From positions 3,968,001 through 4,032,000 of the forward strand of contig OY762911.1 in NCBI GenBank assembly GCA_963666565.1: a DNA stretch of 64,000 nucleotides, written 5' to 3'. Position numbers and translations under genes: made by a program. The notes beneath the pieces were generated by a model. That model saw only the letters and a program-made list of their open reading frames with translations. It ran no database searches and was not told the DNA's origin. This stretch comes from Thermoanaerobaculia bacterium (GTDB lineage Bacteria; Acidobacteriota; Thermoanaerobaculia; Multivoradales; Multivoraceae). Shown here one piece after another: positions 29,736-39,729 of this stretch (the first letter of the stretch is position 1; the number at the start of each line of letters is the position of its first letter).

Positions 29736-31646
29736 TTGGCCGGCAAGGCGGCGTCTCGGCGGGCCGTTGCAACGCGGGCATCCTGCCGGGTGCGCGGGTC
29801 TTCCGACCCGCTGCCGCCGAAGGCGGCCAGAAGAACGCGCCGGCCGGCAGGACGGCACCCTTGCCACGCAGGGCCGACGCCGCTGCGGCAAGCACTCTTC
29901 TGCTGCGCCGCCCTGGTTCCGGGGCTGCTCATCGCCGCAGAGAACACGGCCCCGCCGAACCCGCTCCGGGACGCGTACTTCGGCGACCTGCACATTCACA
30001 CGCGCTACTCCATCGACGCCTGGATCTTCGGCGTCCGTACCGATCCCGACGACGCCTACCGGTTCGCGCGCGGCGAGGCGATCGACCACCCCAGCGGCTT
30101 CCGCCTCCAGCTCCGGACGGGCCCGCTCGACTTCCTGGCGGTCACCGACCACGGTGCCTTCCTGTACGAGATGCCGGCCATCGACGAGCCGGACAATCCG
30201 TACTTCGGCGCGCTCGGCCCCGGCGGCAACCCGGCGAACGCGCCGGCCGCCGCCGACACGGGCGACGGCCGCAACGCCTGGCAGGCCACGATCGAAGCCG
30301 CCGAGCGCCACAACGACCCGGGCAGCTTCACGACCTTCGTCGCCTACGAGTACACGGCCTTCTCCGAAGGCCGCGGCAACCTGCACCGAAACGTCATCTT
30401 CAAGGGCGGGGAGGTGCCGCCGAAGCCCTTCACCGCGAACGATTCGAACGACCCGGAGGACCTCTGGCGCTGGCTGGACGCGCGCCACGCCGAGGGCTTC
30501 GAGTCGCTCGCCATCCCGCACAACTCGAACGGCAGCAACGGCCGGATGTTCCGGCTGGCGCGGGTCGACGGCGGGGACCTCGACGCCGCCTACGCCGCGC
30601 AGCGCAACCGGAACGAGCCCCTGGTCGAGATCACTCAGGGCAAGGGCACCTCGGACACCCATCCTTTGCTGTCGCCGAACGACGAGTGGGCCGACTTCGA
30701 GATCTACGCCTACCGCATCGGCACCACGCTGCCGAGCCAGGCGCCCGGCGGGTACGTCCGCGAGGCATACCTGAACGGCCTCGTGCTCCAGGAGACGCGC
30801 GGCTTCAACCCGTTCCGCTTCGGGCTGGTGGGCGCCACCGACTCCCACAACGCCGGCGGCACGACCGGAGAGTCCAACTTCCACGGCAACTTCGGTACGG
30901 GCGACGGCACGCCCGAGCGGCGGGGCGCCGTGCCGCTCGCGGGCGGAGGCTCGCCGGGCCGGAAGTACAGCCAGACGAACAACCGCTTCTACAGCGGCGC
31001 GGGGTTGACCGGCGTCTGGGCCGAGCGCAACGCCCGCGACGCCATCTACGACGCCCTGCGGCGCAAGGAGACCTTCGCCACGACCGGGCCGCGTATCCGC
31101 GTCCGCTTCTTCGCCGGTTACGACTACCCGGACGATCTCGCGTCGGACCCGGAGACGATCGCCAGGGCCTACGAAGGCGGCGTGCCGATGGGCGGCGACC
31201 TCCTCGCCTCAGCCGGACGCAGTCCGCGCTTCCTGGCCTGGGCCGTTCGCGACAAGGACAGCGCGCCGCTCCAGCGCCTGCAGGTCGTCAAGGGCTGGGT
31301 CGAAGGCGGCGAGGGGCGCGAGCAGGTCGTCGACGTCGCCTGCTCCGGCGCCGGCGTGCCGTCCGGCAGCCCGCCGCGCTGCCCCGACAACGGCGCTGGC
31401 GTCGATCTCTCGGACTGCAGCTTCCCGCAGAACGCCGGCGCCGCCGAACTCACCGCGCTGTGGCAAGACCCCGACTTCGACCCGGCGGGGCACGCCGTCT
31501 ACTACGTCCGCGTCCTCGAGAACCCGAGCTGCCGCTGGTCGACCTGGGACGCGGTGCGGGCCGGCGTCGAACCGCGGCCCGACCTGCCGGCGACGCTCCA
31601 GGAACGAGCCTGGTCGTCGCCGATCTGGTACGTGCCGAGCGGATAG
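29736..31646 (+). CDS. DUF3604-family protein, second paralogue (start uncertain)
   Basis: YFGDLHIHT, VTDH, IPHNSN, QERAWSSPIWY. The 5' region contains a REP-like copy. Confidence 0.82.
   Translation: MAGKAASRRAVATRASCRVRGSSDPLPPKAARRTRRPAGRHPCHAGPTPLRQALFCCAALVPGLLIAAENTAPPNPLRDAYFGDLHIHTRYSIDAWIFGVRTDPDDAYRFARGEAIDHPSGFRLQLRTGPLDFLAVTDHGAFLYEMPAIDEPDNPYFGALGPGGNPANAPAAADTGDGRNAWQATIEAAERHNDPGSFTTFVAYEYTAFSEGRGNLHRNVIFKGGEVPPKPFTANDSNDPEDLWRWLDARHAEGFESLAIPHNSNGSNGRMFRLARVDGGDLDAAYAAQRNRNEPLVEITQGKGTSDTHPLLSPNDEWADFEIYAYRIGTTLPSQAPGGYVREAYLNGLVLQETRGFNPFRFGLVGATDSHNAGGTTGESNFHGNFGTGDGTPERRGAVPLAGGGSPGRKYSQTNNRFYSGAGLTGVWAERNARDAIYDALRRKETFATTGPRIRVRFFAGYDYPDDLASDPETIARAYEGGVPMGGDLLASAGRSPRFLAWAVRDKDSAPLQRLQVVKGWVEGGEGREQVVDVACSGAGVPSGSPPRCPDNGAGVDLSDCSFPQNAGAAELTALWQDPDFDPAGHAVYYVRVLENPSCRWSTWDAVRAGVEPRPDLPATLQERAWSSPIWYVPSG
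29788..29811 (+). repeat. REP-like hairpin repeat copy
   Basis: GGGTGC-GCGGGTC-TTCC-GACCCGC followed by TGCCGCCGAAGGCGGCCAGAA. Confidence 0.88.
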
Positions 31647-31651
31647 CCGCC

Positions 31652-32371
31652 ATGTGCCCGAACTCTTACATCGCTACGACTGACGCTGCGGAACGTTCAG
31701 TCGGCCGCATGGACCCGCCAGCGACCACATGTCGCGGTCGCAGACGCGTAGCCTGGGTGCTCGGACTCCTGGCCGTGGCCATACTGCCGTCGGCCTGCGT
31801 CTGGTCGCTCGACCCGAACTGTTACCGGTCCGGCCATGGGGCCTCTATCCGAAAGAACGGCCCACTGCTTCTCTTGACGGTCACTCGGCACGGGCCTGCG
31901 GGAGGTTTCGTCAAGTTCGAGATCGACCGTTCCGGAGGGGCGGACTACACTCGCGCCTGGATGGAAGGCCCTGACAGGTGTCAGCGCTTTTCCGAAGAAG
32001 CTCTCGGTACTCTTGCCGGACTCTGGTCCGCTCCCGAGCTTCAGGGAATCGCGGACGCCGACTGCGTCTCGGGCCTTTCCTTTCGGTCCTTTCGAGGGAT
32101 GGGAGGACTGCACTGCCCTGAGGCCCGTCGCCAGTTCGCGCCGGCAGGCTCGAGGCCCTTCCAGCAACTACGCCTGACCTGGTACACGGAGGACGGCTAC
32201 CAGGAGTTGTACTGGGATCTGGAGTCCGCGCTGCCGGATCCGCTCCGCCGGTCCGTGGCGGGGACCATAACGGCGGCGTGCGCGAAGAGCGAAGGGTTCA
32301 GACGGCGCCTGCACGAGCAGTTTCCGTCCTTGGCCGGCGACGTGGGTTGTCGGACCGCTGTCGCGGAATGA
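31652..32371 (+). CDS. Hypothetical Cys-rich putative lipoprotein (alternative start at 31709)
   Basis: RRRVAWVLGLLAVAILPSAC lipobox-like segment. Fills the gap between neighbours. Codon usage is less GC-biased. Confidence 0.55.
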   Translation: MCPNSYIATTDAAERSVGRMDPPATTCRGRRRVAWVLGLLAVAILPSACVWSLDPNCYRSGHGASIRKNGPLLLLTVTRHGPAGGFVKFEIDRSGGADYTRAWMEGPDRCQRFSEEALGTLAGLWSAPELQGIADADCVSGLSFRSFRGMGGLHCPEARRQFAPAGSRPFQQLRLTWYTEDGYQELYWDLESALPDPLRRSVAGTITAACAKSEGFRRRLHEQFPSLAGDVGCRTAVAE

Positions 32372-32555
32372 TGAGTGGACCGAAGGGGGCCCCGGTCGAT
32401 CGGCGCGGGACGCCGACAGATGCTCCCGACGGTCCGGGAACGGGCCTGGCCGTCGCCGATCCGGTCCGAGCCGAAGCAGTCGAACGCTTCGTCGACGGCG
32501 GTCGCCTGGGTCTACAATGGCCGGCACACCCCGAGCAGCCGGCAGGAGGAGCCCG

Positions 32556-33623
32556 ATGAGCATCCAGGGAATCGTTCGCACCGTCTTCGTTCTCGCCGCC
32601 GCGAGCGCCGTCGCCGGAGTCGCCGCCGCCGAGGACATTCCACGGACACCGGGCGGCAAGCCGGACTTCTCCGGCAACTACGACATCAGCACGCTGACGC
32701 CCATTCAGCGAAGTCCCGAGCTGGGCGATCGCCTCACTCTGACCGACGCCGAGGCGGACGAGATCAGGCGCCGCGAAGCACGCAACATCGAGACGAGATC
32801 GCAGGCCAGCGACCCGAACCGGACGGCGCCGCCCGCCGGCGGGAGCGTGGGCGGCTACAACTACTTCTTCATGGATCGGGGCACGTCGGCGTTCCGGATC
32901 GACGGCAAGTACCGCACCTCCGTGCTCGTCGACCCGCCGAACGGCCGCTTCCCGCCCCTGACCGAGCGCGGCAAGGCCCGCCGGGAGGGGCTCTACGGCT
33001 TCTCGAAGAAGAACACGGGGCCGGCCTGGTGGCGCGATCGCGAAGTCGGCCCCTACGACGGGCCCGAATCGCTGACGATCGCCGATCGCTGCGTCTTCTC
33101 GCTGGAAGCGACGATCCCGATCTACTCGAAGAGCTACAACAACATCAAGACGCTCGTGCAGACGGACACCCACCTGATGATCCTGATCGAGTGGATGCAC
33201 TACGCACGCGTCATCCCGATCAGCGCGTCGAAGGAAGAAGCGAAGCACCTGCCGGAGACGATCCGCTCCCGGGCCGGCGACTCGGTCGCCTGGTGGGAAG
33301 GCGACACGCTCGTCGTCGACACGACGAACTTCCTGGAAGAGAACTGGAACGCGACGACTCTGTTCGGCGAGCCGTCGCCGCCGGCCGACCAGCACGTCGT
33401 CGAGCGCTTCTCGTTCCAGGACGAGGACACCCTCCTCTACCGGTTCACCCTCGCCAGCGGCGACTGGGAAGCGCCGTACAGCGGCGAGTACACCTGGCCA
33501 GCGACGACGGACAAGCTGTACGAGTTCGCCTGCCACGAGGGCAACTACGCGACCGGGAACACGCTGCGCGGCGCGCGCCTCGAGGAGCGGGAAGTCACCG
33601 CGCAGACGGGAGGCGCCCAATGA
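32556..33623 (+). CDS. Exported conserved hypothetical protein (IPRTPxGKPD...YExACHEGN family)
   Basis: AGGAGG RBS, signal peptide, GGYNYFF, DPPNGRFP, WWEGDTL, ACHEGN. Confidence 0.85.
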   Translation: MSIQGIVRTVFVLAAASAVAGVAAAEDIPRTPGGKPDFSGNYDISTLTPIQRSPELGDRLTLTDAEADEIRRREARNIETRSQASDPNRTAPPAGGSVGGYNYFFMDRGTSAFRIDGKYRTSVLVDPPNGRFPPLTERGKARREGLYGFSKKNTGPAWWRDREVGPYDGPESLTIADRCVFSLEATIPIYSKSYNNIKTLVQTDTHLMILIEWMHYARVIPISASKEEAKHLPETIRSRAGDSVAWWEGDTLVVDTTNFLEENWNATTLFGEPSPPADQHVVERFSFQDEDTLLYRFTLASGDWEAPYSGEYTWPATTDKLYEFACHEGNYATGNTLRGARLEEREVTAQTGGAQ

Positions 33624-34681
33624 GCACTAACGGGAACACGCCCACGGCCGTCGTTCTGGCATTCGCCACAGGGCTCGCCGGGGCCGCGGCGGCGGACGAA
33701 ATCCCCAGAACGCCGGCCGGCAAGCCCGACTTCTCGGGCAACTACGACATCAGCACCCTGACGCCGATCGAGCGCAGCACCGAGTTCGGCGACCGCCTCC
33801 ACCTGACCGAGGAAGAGGCCGAGCGGATCCGGTCCCAGGAGGCGGCGCGGGTCGATCTCAGTTTCCGGGCCAGCGACCCGAACCGCGGGGCCCCGCCCGA
33901 GGGCGCCAGCGTGGGCGGCTACAACTACTTCTTCATCGACCGCGGGACCTCGGCCGTTCAGGTCGGCGGACGGTATCGGACCTCCCTGATCGTCGACCCG
34001 CCGAACGGCCGCTTCCCGCCGCTGACCGAGCGCGGCAAGGCCCGCCGGGAAGGCGTCTACGGGTTCTTTCTCCAGAACCATGGCAGGGCATGGTGGCGCG
34101 ACCGCGAGGTCGGCCCATACGACGACCCGGAGTCGCTGTCCATCGCCGACCGCTGCATCTTCTCGCTCGAGGGGACGATCCCGATCTTTCCCAAGTTCTA
34201 CAACAACCTGAAGACGGTGGTGCAGACCGACACCCACGTGATGATCCTGATCGAGTGGATGCACTACGCGCGGATCATCCCGATCGGCCCGTCCAGGGAG
34301 GCGGCCCGCCACGCGCCGCCCGGCTACCGCTCGCGGGCCGGCGATTCCGTGGCCTGGTGGGAAGGCGACACCCTGCTCGTCGAGACGACGAACTTCCAGG
34401 AGGAGTACTGGGTGACCTTCGCCCTCTACGGCGATCCCTCGCCGCCGGCCGACCAGCGCGTCGTCGAGCGCTTCTCGTTCCAGGACGAGGACACCCTCCT
34501 CTACCGTTTCACCGTCGAGAACGGCGACTGGGAAGCGCCCTACACCGTCGAGTACACCTGGCCCGCCACCGACGACAAGCTCTACGAGTACGCCTGCCAC
34601 GAGGGGAACTACTCCCTCGGGAATACTCTGCGCGGCGCGCGCCTTGAAGAAAGGGAAGTCGCGGAGCAAACGGGCGGCTAG
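33620..34681 (+). CDS. Paralogue of the preceding exported protein
   Basis: ATGA overlap. Collinear and highly similar to 32556-33623. Confidence 0.85.
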   Translation: MSTNGNTPTAVVLAFATGLAGAAAADEIPRTPAGKPDFSGNYDISTLTPIERSTEFGDRLHLTEEEAERIRSQEAARVDLSFRASDPNRGAPPEGASVGGYNYFFIDRGTSAVQVGGRYRTSLIVDPPNGRFPPLTERGKARREGVYGFFLQNHGRAWWRDREVGPYDDPESLSIADRCIFSLEGTIPIFPKFYNNLKTVVQTDTHVMILIEWMHYARIIPIGPSREAARHAPPGYRSRAGDSVAWWEGDTLLVETTNFQEEYWVTFALYGDPSPPADQRVVERFSFQDEDTLLYRFTVENGDWEAPYTVEYTWPATDDKLYEYACHEGNYSLGNTLRGARLEEREVAEQTGG

Positions 34682-34722
34682 CCGGATCCGTACAAACAGA
34701 CGGACCCACAACGAGGGGAGGC

Positions 34723-36453
34723 GTGTGCATGTCCGAAGATCAGTGGAATCGTGAAGGTCGTGGCGTGAGCGGACCGCTCCCGCGGCGCCTTCTGATCGGC
34801 CTTTGCGGCATCGCTCTCGCGGCGGCGCCGGCGACCGGCCAATCAACCGTCCTGGACGCGATGAAGGCGGAACTCGACCGCTCGATGGAGTTGCTCGGCG
34901 AGGAGGAGACCCCGCCCTACTTCCTGAGCTACGAGATCTCGGAGAGCCGGAGCGCGTCGGCTTCGGCATCGTTCGGCGCTCTCACCGGCAGCGACGAGCG
35001 CCACGAGCGCCTGCTCGACATCGACCTCCGCGTCGGCGACTACTCGCTGGACAACACCCGACCGATTCGGGACACCTTCTTTTCCTCGGCGTTTCGTGGC
35101 TCCGGTCGCACCCGGGTGCCCCTCGACGACGACCCCGACGCGATCCGCGGCGTCCTGTGGGCCGAGACCGACAAGGAGTACAAGCGGGCGCTGGAGCAAC
35201 TCACCCAGGTGCAGACGAACGTGCAAGTCAAGGTGGAGACCGAGGACCAGTCCGACGACTTCTCCCGCGAAACTCCCTCCTCGGGCGTCGACGAGCCCAG
35301 GCCCGTCGAGTACGACCGCGCCGAATGGGAAGACAGGGTCAGGCGCTACTCGGCGCCGTTCGCCGAACATGAGGAGTTCCTGCGGGCCTCGGCATCGCTC
35401 GCCGCCGGCACGGACACCCGGTGGTTCGTCAACAGCGAGGGTTCCGAGATCCAGACCTCGGAAACCAGGTACCGTCTCTTCGTCTCGGCCATGACCAAGG
35501 CCGACGACGGCATGGAACTGCCGCTATACAAGAGCTACAGCTCCTTCACGCTCGACGGACTTCCGGACGACGAGACCGTCGAGCGGGACGTCCGGAGGAT
35601 GATCGGAATCCTCCTGGCGCTCCGCGAAGCGCCGCTCGTCGAGCCGTACACCGGTCCGGCGATCCTGTCCGGCGAGGCCAGCGGCGTCTTCTTCCACGAG
35701 ATCCTGGGACACCGGCTCGAGGGTCATCGCCTGAAGGAAGCCGACGACAGCCAGACCTTCCGCGACCAACTGAACCAGCGCGTCCTGCCGGAGAACTTCT
35801 CCGTGCACTTCGATCCGACGATCAGGACCTATGGACCCTCCGACCTGGTTGGCAGCTATCGCTACGACAACCAGGGCGTTGCCGCTCAACGGGTAACCGC
35901 GATCGACAAGGGGATCCTCAAGAACTTCCTCATGTCCCGCTCCCCAATCGAGGGTTTCCCGAACTCCAACGGCCACGGCCGCAAGCAGCCCGGTCGCAAG
36001 CCGGTCTCCAGACAGTCGAACCTGATCGTCGAAGTAACCGATCCGCTGACGAGCGACGAACTGAAAGCGAGGTTCGTCGAGGCGATCGAGGCAGCGGAGA
36101 GACCGTTCGGACTTCGCATCGAGGAAATCCAGGGCGGCTTCACGTTCACGGGACGGGTCATTCCCAACTCGTTCAACGTGTCGCCGCTCCTCGTCTACCG
36201 GGTCTACCCGGACGGCCGCGAGGAACTGGTGCGCGGCGTCGACCTGATCGGCACGCCGCTCACGACGTTCAGCCGCGTGGTCGCGGCGGACGACAGGATC
36301 GGCGTGTTCAACGGCTTCTGCGGCGCGGAGTCGGGCATGGTGCCGGTTTCCGCGGCCGCACCGTCGATCCTGGTATCCCAGATCGAAGTGCAGAAGAAGG
36401 AGAAGAACCAGGATCGACCACCCATTCTGCCCGCACCAGTGGGAGACATCTAG
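34723..36453 (+). CDS. TldD-family metallopeptidase with signal peptide (start 34723, 34729 or slightly later)
   Basis: FFHEILGHRLEG, YDNQGV, SNGHGR, RQSNL, CGAESG. Hydrophobic N-terminal signal. Confidence 0.85.
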   Translation: MCMSEDQWNREGRGVSGPLPRRLLIGLCGIALAAAPATGQSTVLDAMKAELDRSMELLGEEETPPYFLSYEISESRSASASASFGALTGSDERHERLLDIDLRVGDYSLDNTRPIRDTFFSSAFRGSGRTRVPLDDDPDAIRGVLWAETDKEYKRALEQLTQVQTNVQVKVETEDQSDDFSRETPSSGVDEPRPVEYDRAEWEDRVRRYSAPFAEHEEFLRASASLAAGTDTRWFVNSEGSEIQTSETRYRLFVSAMTKADDGMELPLYKSYSSFTLDGLPDDETVERDVRRMIGILLALREAPLVEPYTGPAILSGEASGVFFHEILGHRLEGHRLKEADDSQTFRDQLNQRVLPENFSVHFDPTIRTYGPSDLVGSYRYDNQGVAAQRVTAIDKGILKNFLMSRSPIEGFPNSNGHGRKQPGRKPVSRQSNLIVEVTDPLTSDELKARFVEAIEAAERPFGLRIEEIQGGFTFTGRVIPNSFNVSPLLVYRVYPDGREELVRGVDLIGTPLTTFSRVVAADDRIGVFNGFCGAESGMVPVSAAAPSILVSQIEVQKKEKNQDRPPILPAPVGDI

Positions 36454-36455
36454 CC

Positions 36456-38336
36456 ATGGGCCTGTCCTCGCAAGACCGTCGCTCGCTGCCAGCGCCGACC
36501 ACTGGGTGCGCCGGCGTCCCCGCCGGCATCCGGCGCGAAGCACCGGCTTCTGGACCTTCAGCCGCGCTCCCGCCGACCACTGTTCTGGCCACGCTCCTGG
36601 CTCTTGCTCTCCTTCCGCTCCCCGCGGCGAACGCACAGGAAGAAGCCGAACTCAACGTGATCATGCAGGCGATGCGCGACGAACTGGCGCGCAGCACCGA
36701 GCAACTCGAGCTGGAGGGACTCGAAAAGCCCTACTTCCTCGCGTACACGGTGCGGGAAACCGAACGGTTGAACGCCGCGGGGAGCTTCGGAGCACTGCTG
36801 TCGAGTTCAGAAGACAGGAGCAGGCGACTGAGCGTTGAAGTCCGCATCGGCGATCCGTCCTTCGACAACACGAACTTCGGCTCGATGTCCCTCTTTCCGT
36901 CGAGCTTCGCGATGGGGGGATTCCTGCCGCTGGAGAACGACTACCGCGAGATCCGGCGGCAGATCTGGCTCGCCACGGACCAGGCCTACAAGGCCGCACT
37001 GGAATCGCTGGCCGAGAAGCGCGCCGTGCTCCAGAACGAAACGCGGGCCGAGGACATCGCCGACTTCTCATCGGAGGCACCGTTCACTTACTTCGACCAG
37101 GCCGATTCCGACCTCCCGCCCCGCACGGCGCTCGAAGAACTCGCCCGGGACCTGTCCGCCGCGTTCCGGGACCTGCCGGAGATCTTCAGTTCGAACGTCT
37201 CGGCCTCGACCGGCAACCGCCGCACCTACTACCTGAACAGCGAGGGGTCCGCCTTCATCCGCTCCGACCCGACCGCTTCGATCGTCGTCGAGGCGCGCAC
37301 CCAGGCCACGGACGGCGTCGTTCTGAACGACTCCGTCGCGGCCCGCGGCCAATCCTGGGACGCCATCAGCGACCGGACCGACCTGGAATCGCGTGTCGCC
37401 GCCATGGGCGCCAATCTGACCGCTCGACGTTCTGCCGAGGGCCTGGACCGATACAGCGGCCCCGTGCTCTTCGAGGGTCAGGCCGCCGCCGAACTGTTCG
37501 CTCAGGTTCTCGTGCCCAGACTACTGGGCAACCGCGTACCCGACGCCGAACCGAACTTCGCGCGCATGCTGCAGCAGAGCCGCAACCCGTTCCTCGACCG
37601 GATCGGGGCCAGGGTCCTGCCGCGATTCCTCAACATCCACGACGACCCCTCCGCCGGCGGCGACGGCTTCCTCGGCGGCTACGCGGTCGATGACGATGGC
37701 GTCGAGGCAAGGTCGAAGGCCCTGATCGAGAATGGCATCCTGAAGTCTCTGCTCACGTCCCGCAATCCGGTCCCGGGAATCGAGAAGAGCACCGCGAACC
37801 GGCGCGGAGAAGGTCCGGCGCCGAGCAACCTGATCGTCGCCTCGAATCGCGGCATGAATCGCGAGGAGCTACTCGCCGAGTTCATGCTGCTGATCGAGGA
37901 GCGGGGTGCGGACTACGGAGTCGTCGTGCGCCGCATGGGTAAACCCGAGTCCGGGGACGGTCCGGGGGGCGCCCTGAGCCTCCTGCGCTCGAGAGCCCAG
38001 GCAGGTCCGGGGCTGGGCAACACCAGCCTCGCCTACAAGGTCTTTCCCGACGGCAGGGAGGAGCTGATTCCCAGGGCGGAACTGGTCGCCGTCACCGAAG
38101 CGGCGTTCCGCGACATCGTGGCCGTATCCGACACGTCGACCGTGTACAGCTTCACCCACACACCCGCCGGTGGGTTGATCCCGTCCTTCCTGGCGGGCGC
38201 GTTCAGCGCACTCGGTCTGGGCGAAGTCGTCTCGGTCTCGATCCCCGACCTGCTGTTCGAAGAACTGAGCCTGCGCAAACCGTCCGGAAACGCCCCCCAC
38301 CTGCCGGTGGCGAACCACCCTTCCTTCGATCCCTAA
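36456..38336 (+). CDS. TldE/PmbA-like partner with signal peptide (no HExxxH)
   Basis: Same fold landmarks as TldD (PYFLAY, FDNTN, YSGPVLFEG, DDDGV, PSNL), but AAAELFAQ sits at the metal-site position. Confidence 0.8.
   Translation: MGLSSQDRRSLPAPTTGCAGVPAGIRREAPASGPSAALPPTTVLATLLALALLPLPAANAQEEAELNVIMQAMRDELARSTEQLELEGLEKPYFLAYTVRETERLNAAGSFGALLSSSEDRSRRLSVEVRIGDPSFDNTNFGSMSLFPSSFAMGGFLPLENDYREIRRQIWLATDQAYKAALESLAEKRAVLQNETRAEDIADFSSEAPFTYFDQADSDLPPRTALEELARDLSAAFRDLPEIFSSNVSASTGNRRTYYLNSEGSAFIRSDPTASIVVEARTQATDGVVLNDSVAARGQSWDAISDRTDLESRVAAMGANLTARRSAEGLDRYSGPVLFEGQAAAELFAQVLVPRLLGNRVPDAEPNFARMLQQSRNPFLDRIGARVLPRFLNIHDDPSAGGDGFLGGYAVDDDGVEARSKALIENGILKSLLTSRNPVPGIEKSTANRRGEGPAPSNLIVASNRGMNREELLAEFMLLIEERGADYGVVVRRMGKPESGDGPGGALSLLRSRAQAGPGLGNTSLAYKVFPDGREELIPRAELVAVTEAAFRDIVAVSDTSTVYSFTHTPAGGLIPSFLAGAFSALGLGEVVSVSIPDLLFEELSLRKPSGNAPHLPVANHPSFDP
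36504..36531 (+). repeat. Variant REP-like hairpin inside the TldE-like N-terminus
   Basis: GGGTGC-GCCGGCG-TCCC-CGCCGGC-ATCC: same flanks and geometry as the main family with a different stem sequence. Confidence 0.6.
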
Positions 38337-38800
38337 CGGCCGGGCCGCTCGCTCAAGCCCCACAAGGCGGACGTCGCGAACTCCAGGCTGTTTCCGTCCG
38401 GATCGCGAAAGTAGATCGATCTTCCCCGGCTGCCTCCCCAGTCGATCTCCTGCTCGACCGGAACGTCGTGGCTCTCGAGATGAGCACGCCAGAGGTCGAT
38501 CTCATCCTCCGTAACCCCGAACGCAAGATGACCGGGTCCGTGCGATCCGTGGAGCCCGAGACCCCGCGGGGTCAAGTCCGGGTCGGAGGTCGCCTCCGGG
38601 TTGAAGAGCAGGACCATCTGGCTACCGCAGCGGAAGAAGACGTGCCGCCCTTCGAGCTTCGAATGGAGGGTGAGGCCGAGCACGCCCGCGTAGAACGCCT
38701 CGGCAGCTTCCAGATCGTCCACATAGAGGCAGGCCTCGAGAACGAAGTCGAGTTCTTTCGGCCGGCTATCTCCCGGCCCGTCTGCCGCCGTGCGTTGCAT
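38333..38800 (-). CDS. VOC (glyoxalase/bleomycin resistance) family protein
   Basis: LEACLYVDDL..AEAFY..VLGL, HLAF, SIYFRDPDGNSLE. Confidence 0.9.
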   Translation of the reverse strand: MQRTAADGPGDSRPKELDFVLEACLYVDDLEAAEAFYAGVLGLTLHSKLEGRHVFFRCGSQMVLLFNPEATSDPDLTPRGLGLHGSHGPGHLAFGVTEDEIDLWRAHLESHDVPVEQEIDWGGSRGRSIYFRDPDGNSLEFATSALWGLSERPGR

Positions 38801-38847
38801 CCTCGCTGCTCCCCGGGACCACCTGACCGGAGTCTCGCGTCACTAGG

Positions 38848-39729
38848 TTACCGACCTTCCGGCGTGCCGCCGGCGCTCTCCACCGCCAGTTCGTCCAGGA
38901 GCCGGGCCGTGTTCCCGGCTCTCCGCGCCAGAAATCGGGCCGTCTCACCCAGCAGACCGACGCGCCGCCGGTGAGCGAGTTCTTCACGCGCGGCAAACGT
39001 CGCCAACGCGCCTAGAGTCGCCCGGGCGTCCTGCCCCAGCAGGCCTTCGAGGGCGAACCGGCGCTCGCCGGCGCGCAGGCCCAGGCCGAGTTCGCGGGCC
39101 ACCTTGCCGAGCGCGGCCCGGGTCAGGATGACGCCGGAGCGCACGGGAGCAAGCAACGCCTCGAGGAAGGTGGGACCACCCTCCGCCCGCGGGTCGGCAA
39201 GCCCGGGTGCGGCGCGATGGTGAGCGGACAGCACCGCCGCCGGCTCGACACGTCCGGCTTCCTGCACCAGGGTCTCCCGGAGCAACTCCGACCAACGCCT
39301 GTAGCCACCCACCGCCAGTTCTTCGACGTGGTCGAGATACGCGAAGACCCACGGCGCGATGTGCTCGTGCAGGAGTGCCCGTCGCGCCTCCGAGGCAAGA
39401 GCGGCGCCCGGACCGGCCGCCTGCCCCTGCTCCTCGCCCAGCGAGGCGTACAGGCCAAGCAGGACGCCGAGGTGATCCGGCTCGGCCGGAGGCGTCCGGC
39501 CCACCGCGCGCCAGAAACCGGCGATCCGCTCTCGTACCTCGCCGCCCATCCAGCCCTCGGGGCCCAGGTAGATCGAGGCGTACGGCGGCAACTGGAAGAC
39601 GAAGAGCTCCGCGTACGCCGAGCCGTCGATGCCGTCGCCCAGGCCGAGCAGACCGGCGACCCGGGCGTGTTCGGGTTTCGGCGCTTCGACGAAGATGGAC
39701 AGGGCGCGCAGTAGCTCGACCGAAGTCAT
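38848..39729 (-). CDS. TorD/DmsD-family molybdoenzyme chaperone
   Basis: PPYASIYL and EPDHL motifs. ATGA overlap with the molybdoenzyme gene. Confidence 0.85.
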   Translation of the reverse strand: MTSVELLRALSIFVEAPKPEHARVAGLLGLGDGIDGSAYAELFVFQLPPYASIYLGPEGWMGGEVRERIAGFWRAVGRTPPAEPDHLGVLLGLYASLGEEQGQAAGPGAALASEARRALLHEHIAPWVFAYLDHVEELAVGGYRRWSELLRETLVQEAGRVEPAAVLSAHHRAAPGLADPRAEGGPTFLEALLAPVRSGVILTRAALGKVARELGLGLRAGERRFALEGLLGQDARATLGALATFAAREELAHRRRVGLLGETARFLARRAGNTARLLDELAVESAGGTPEGR

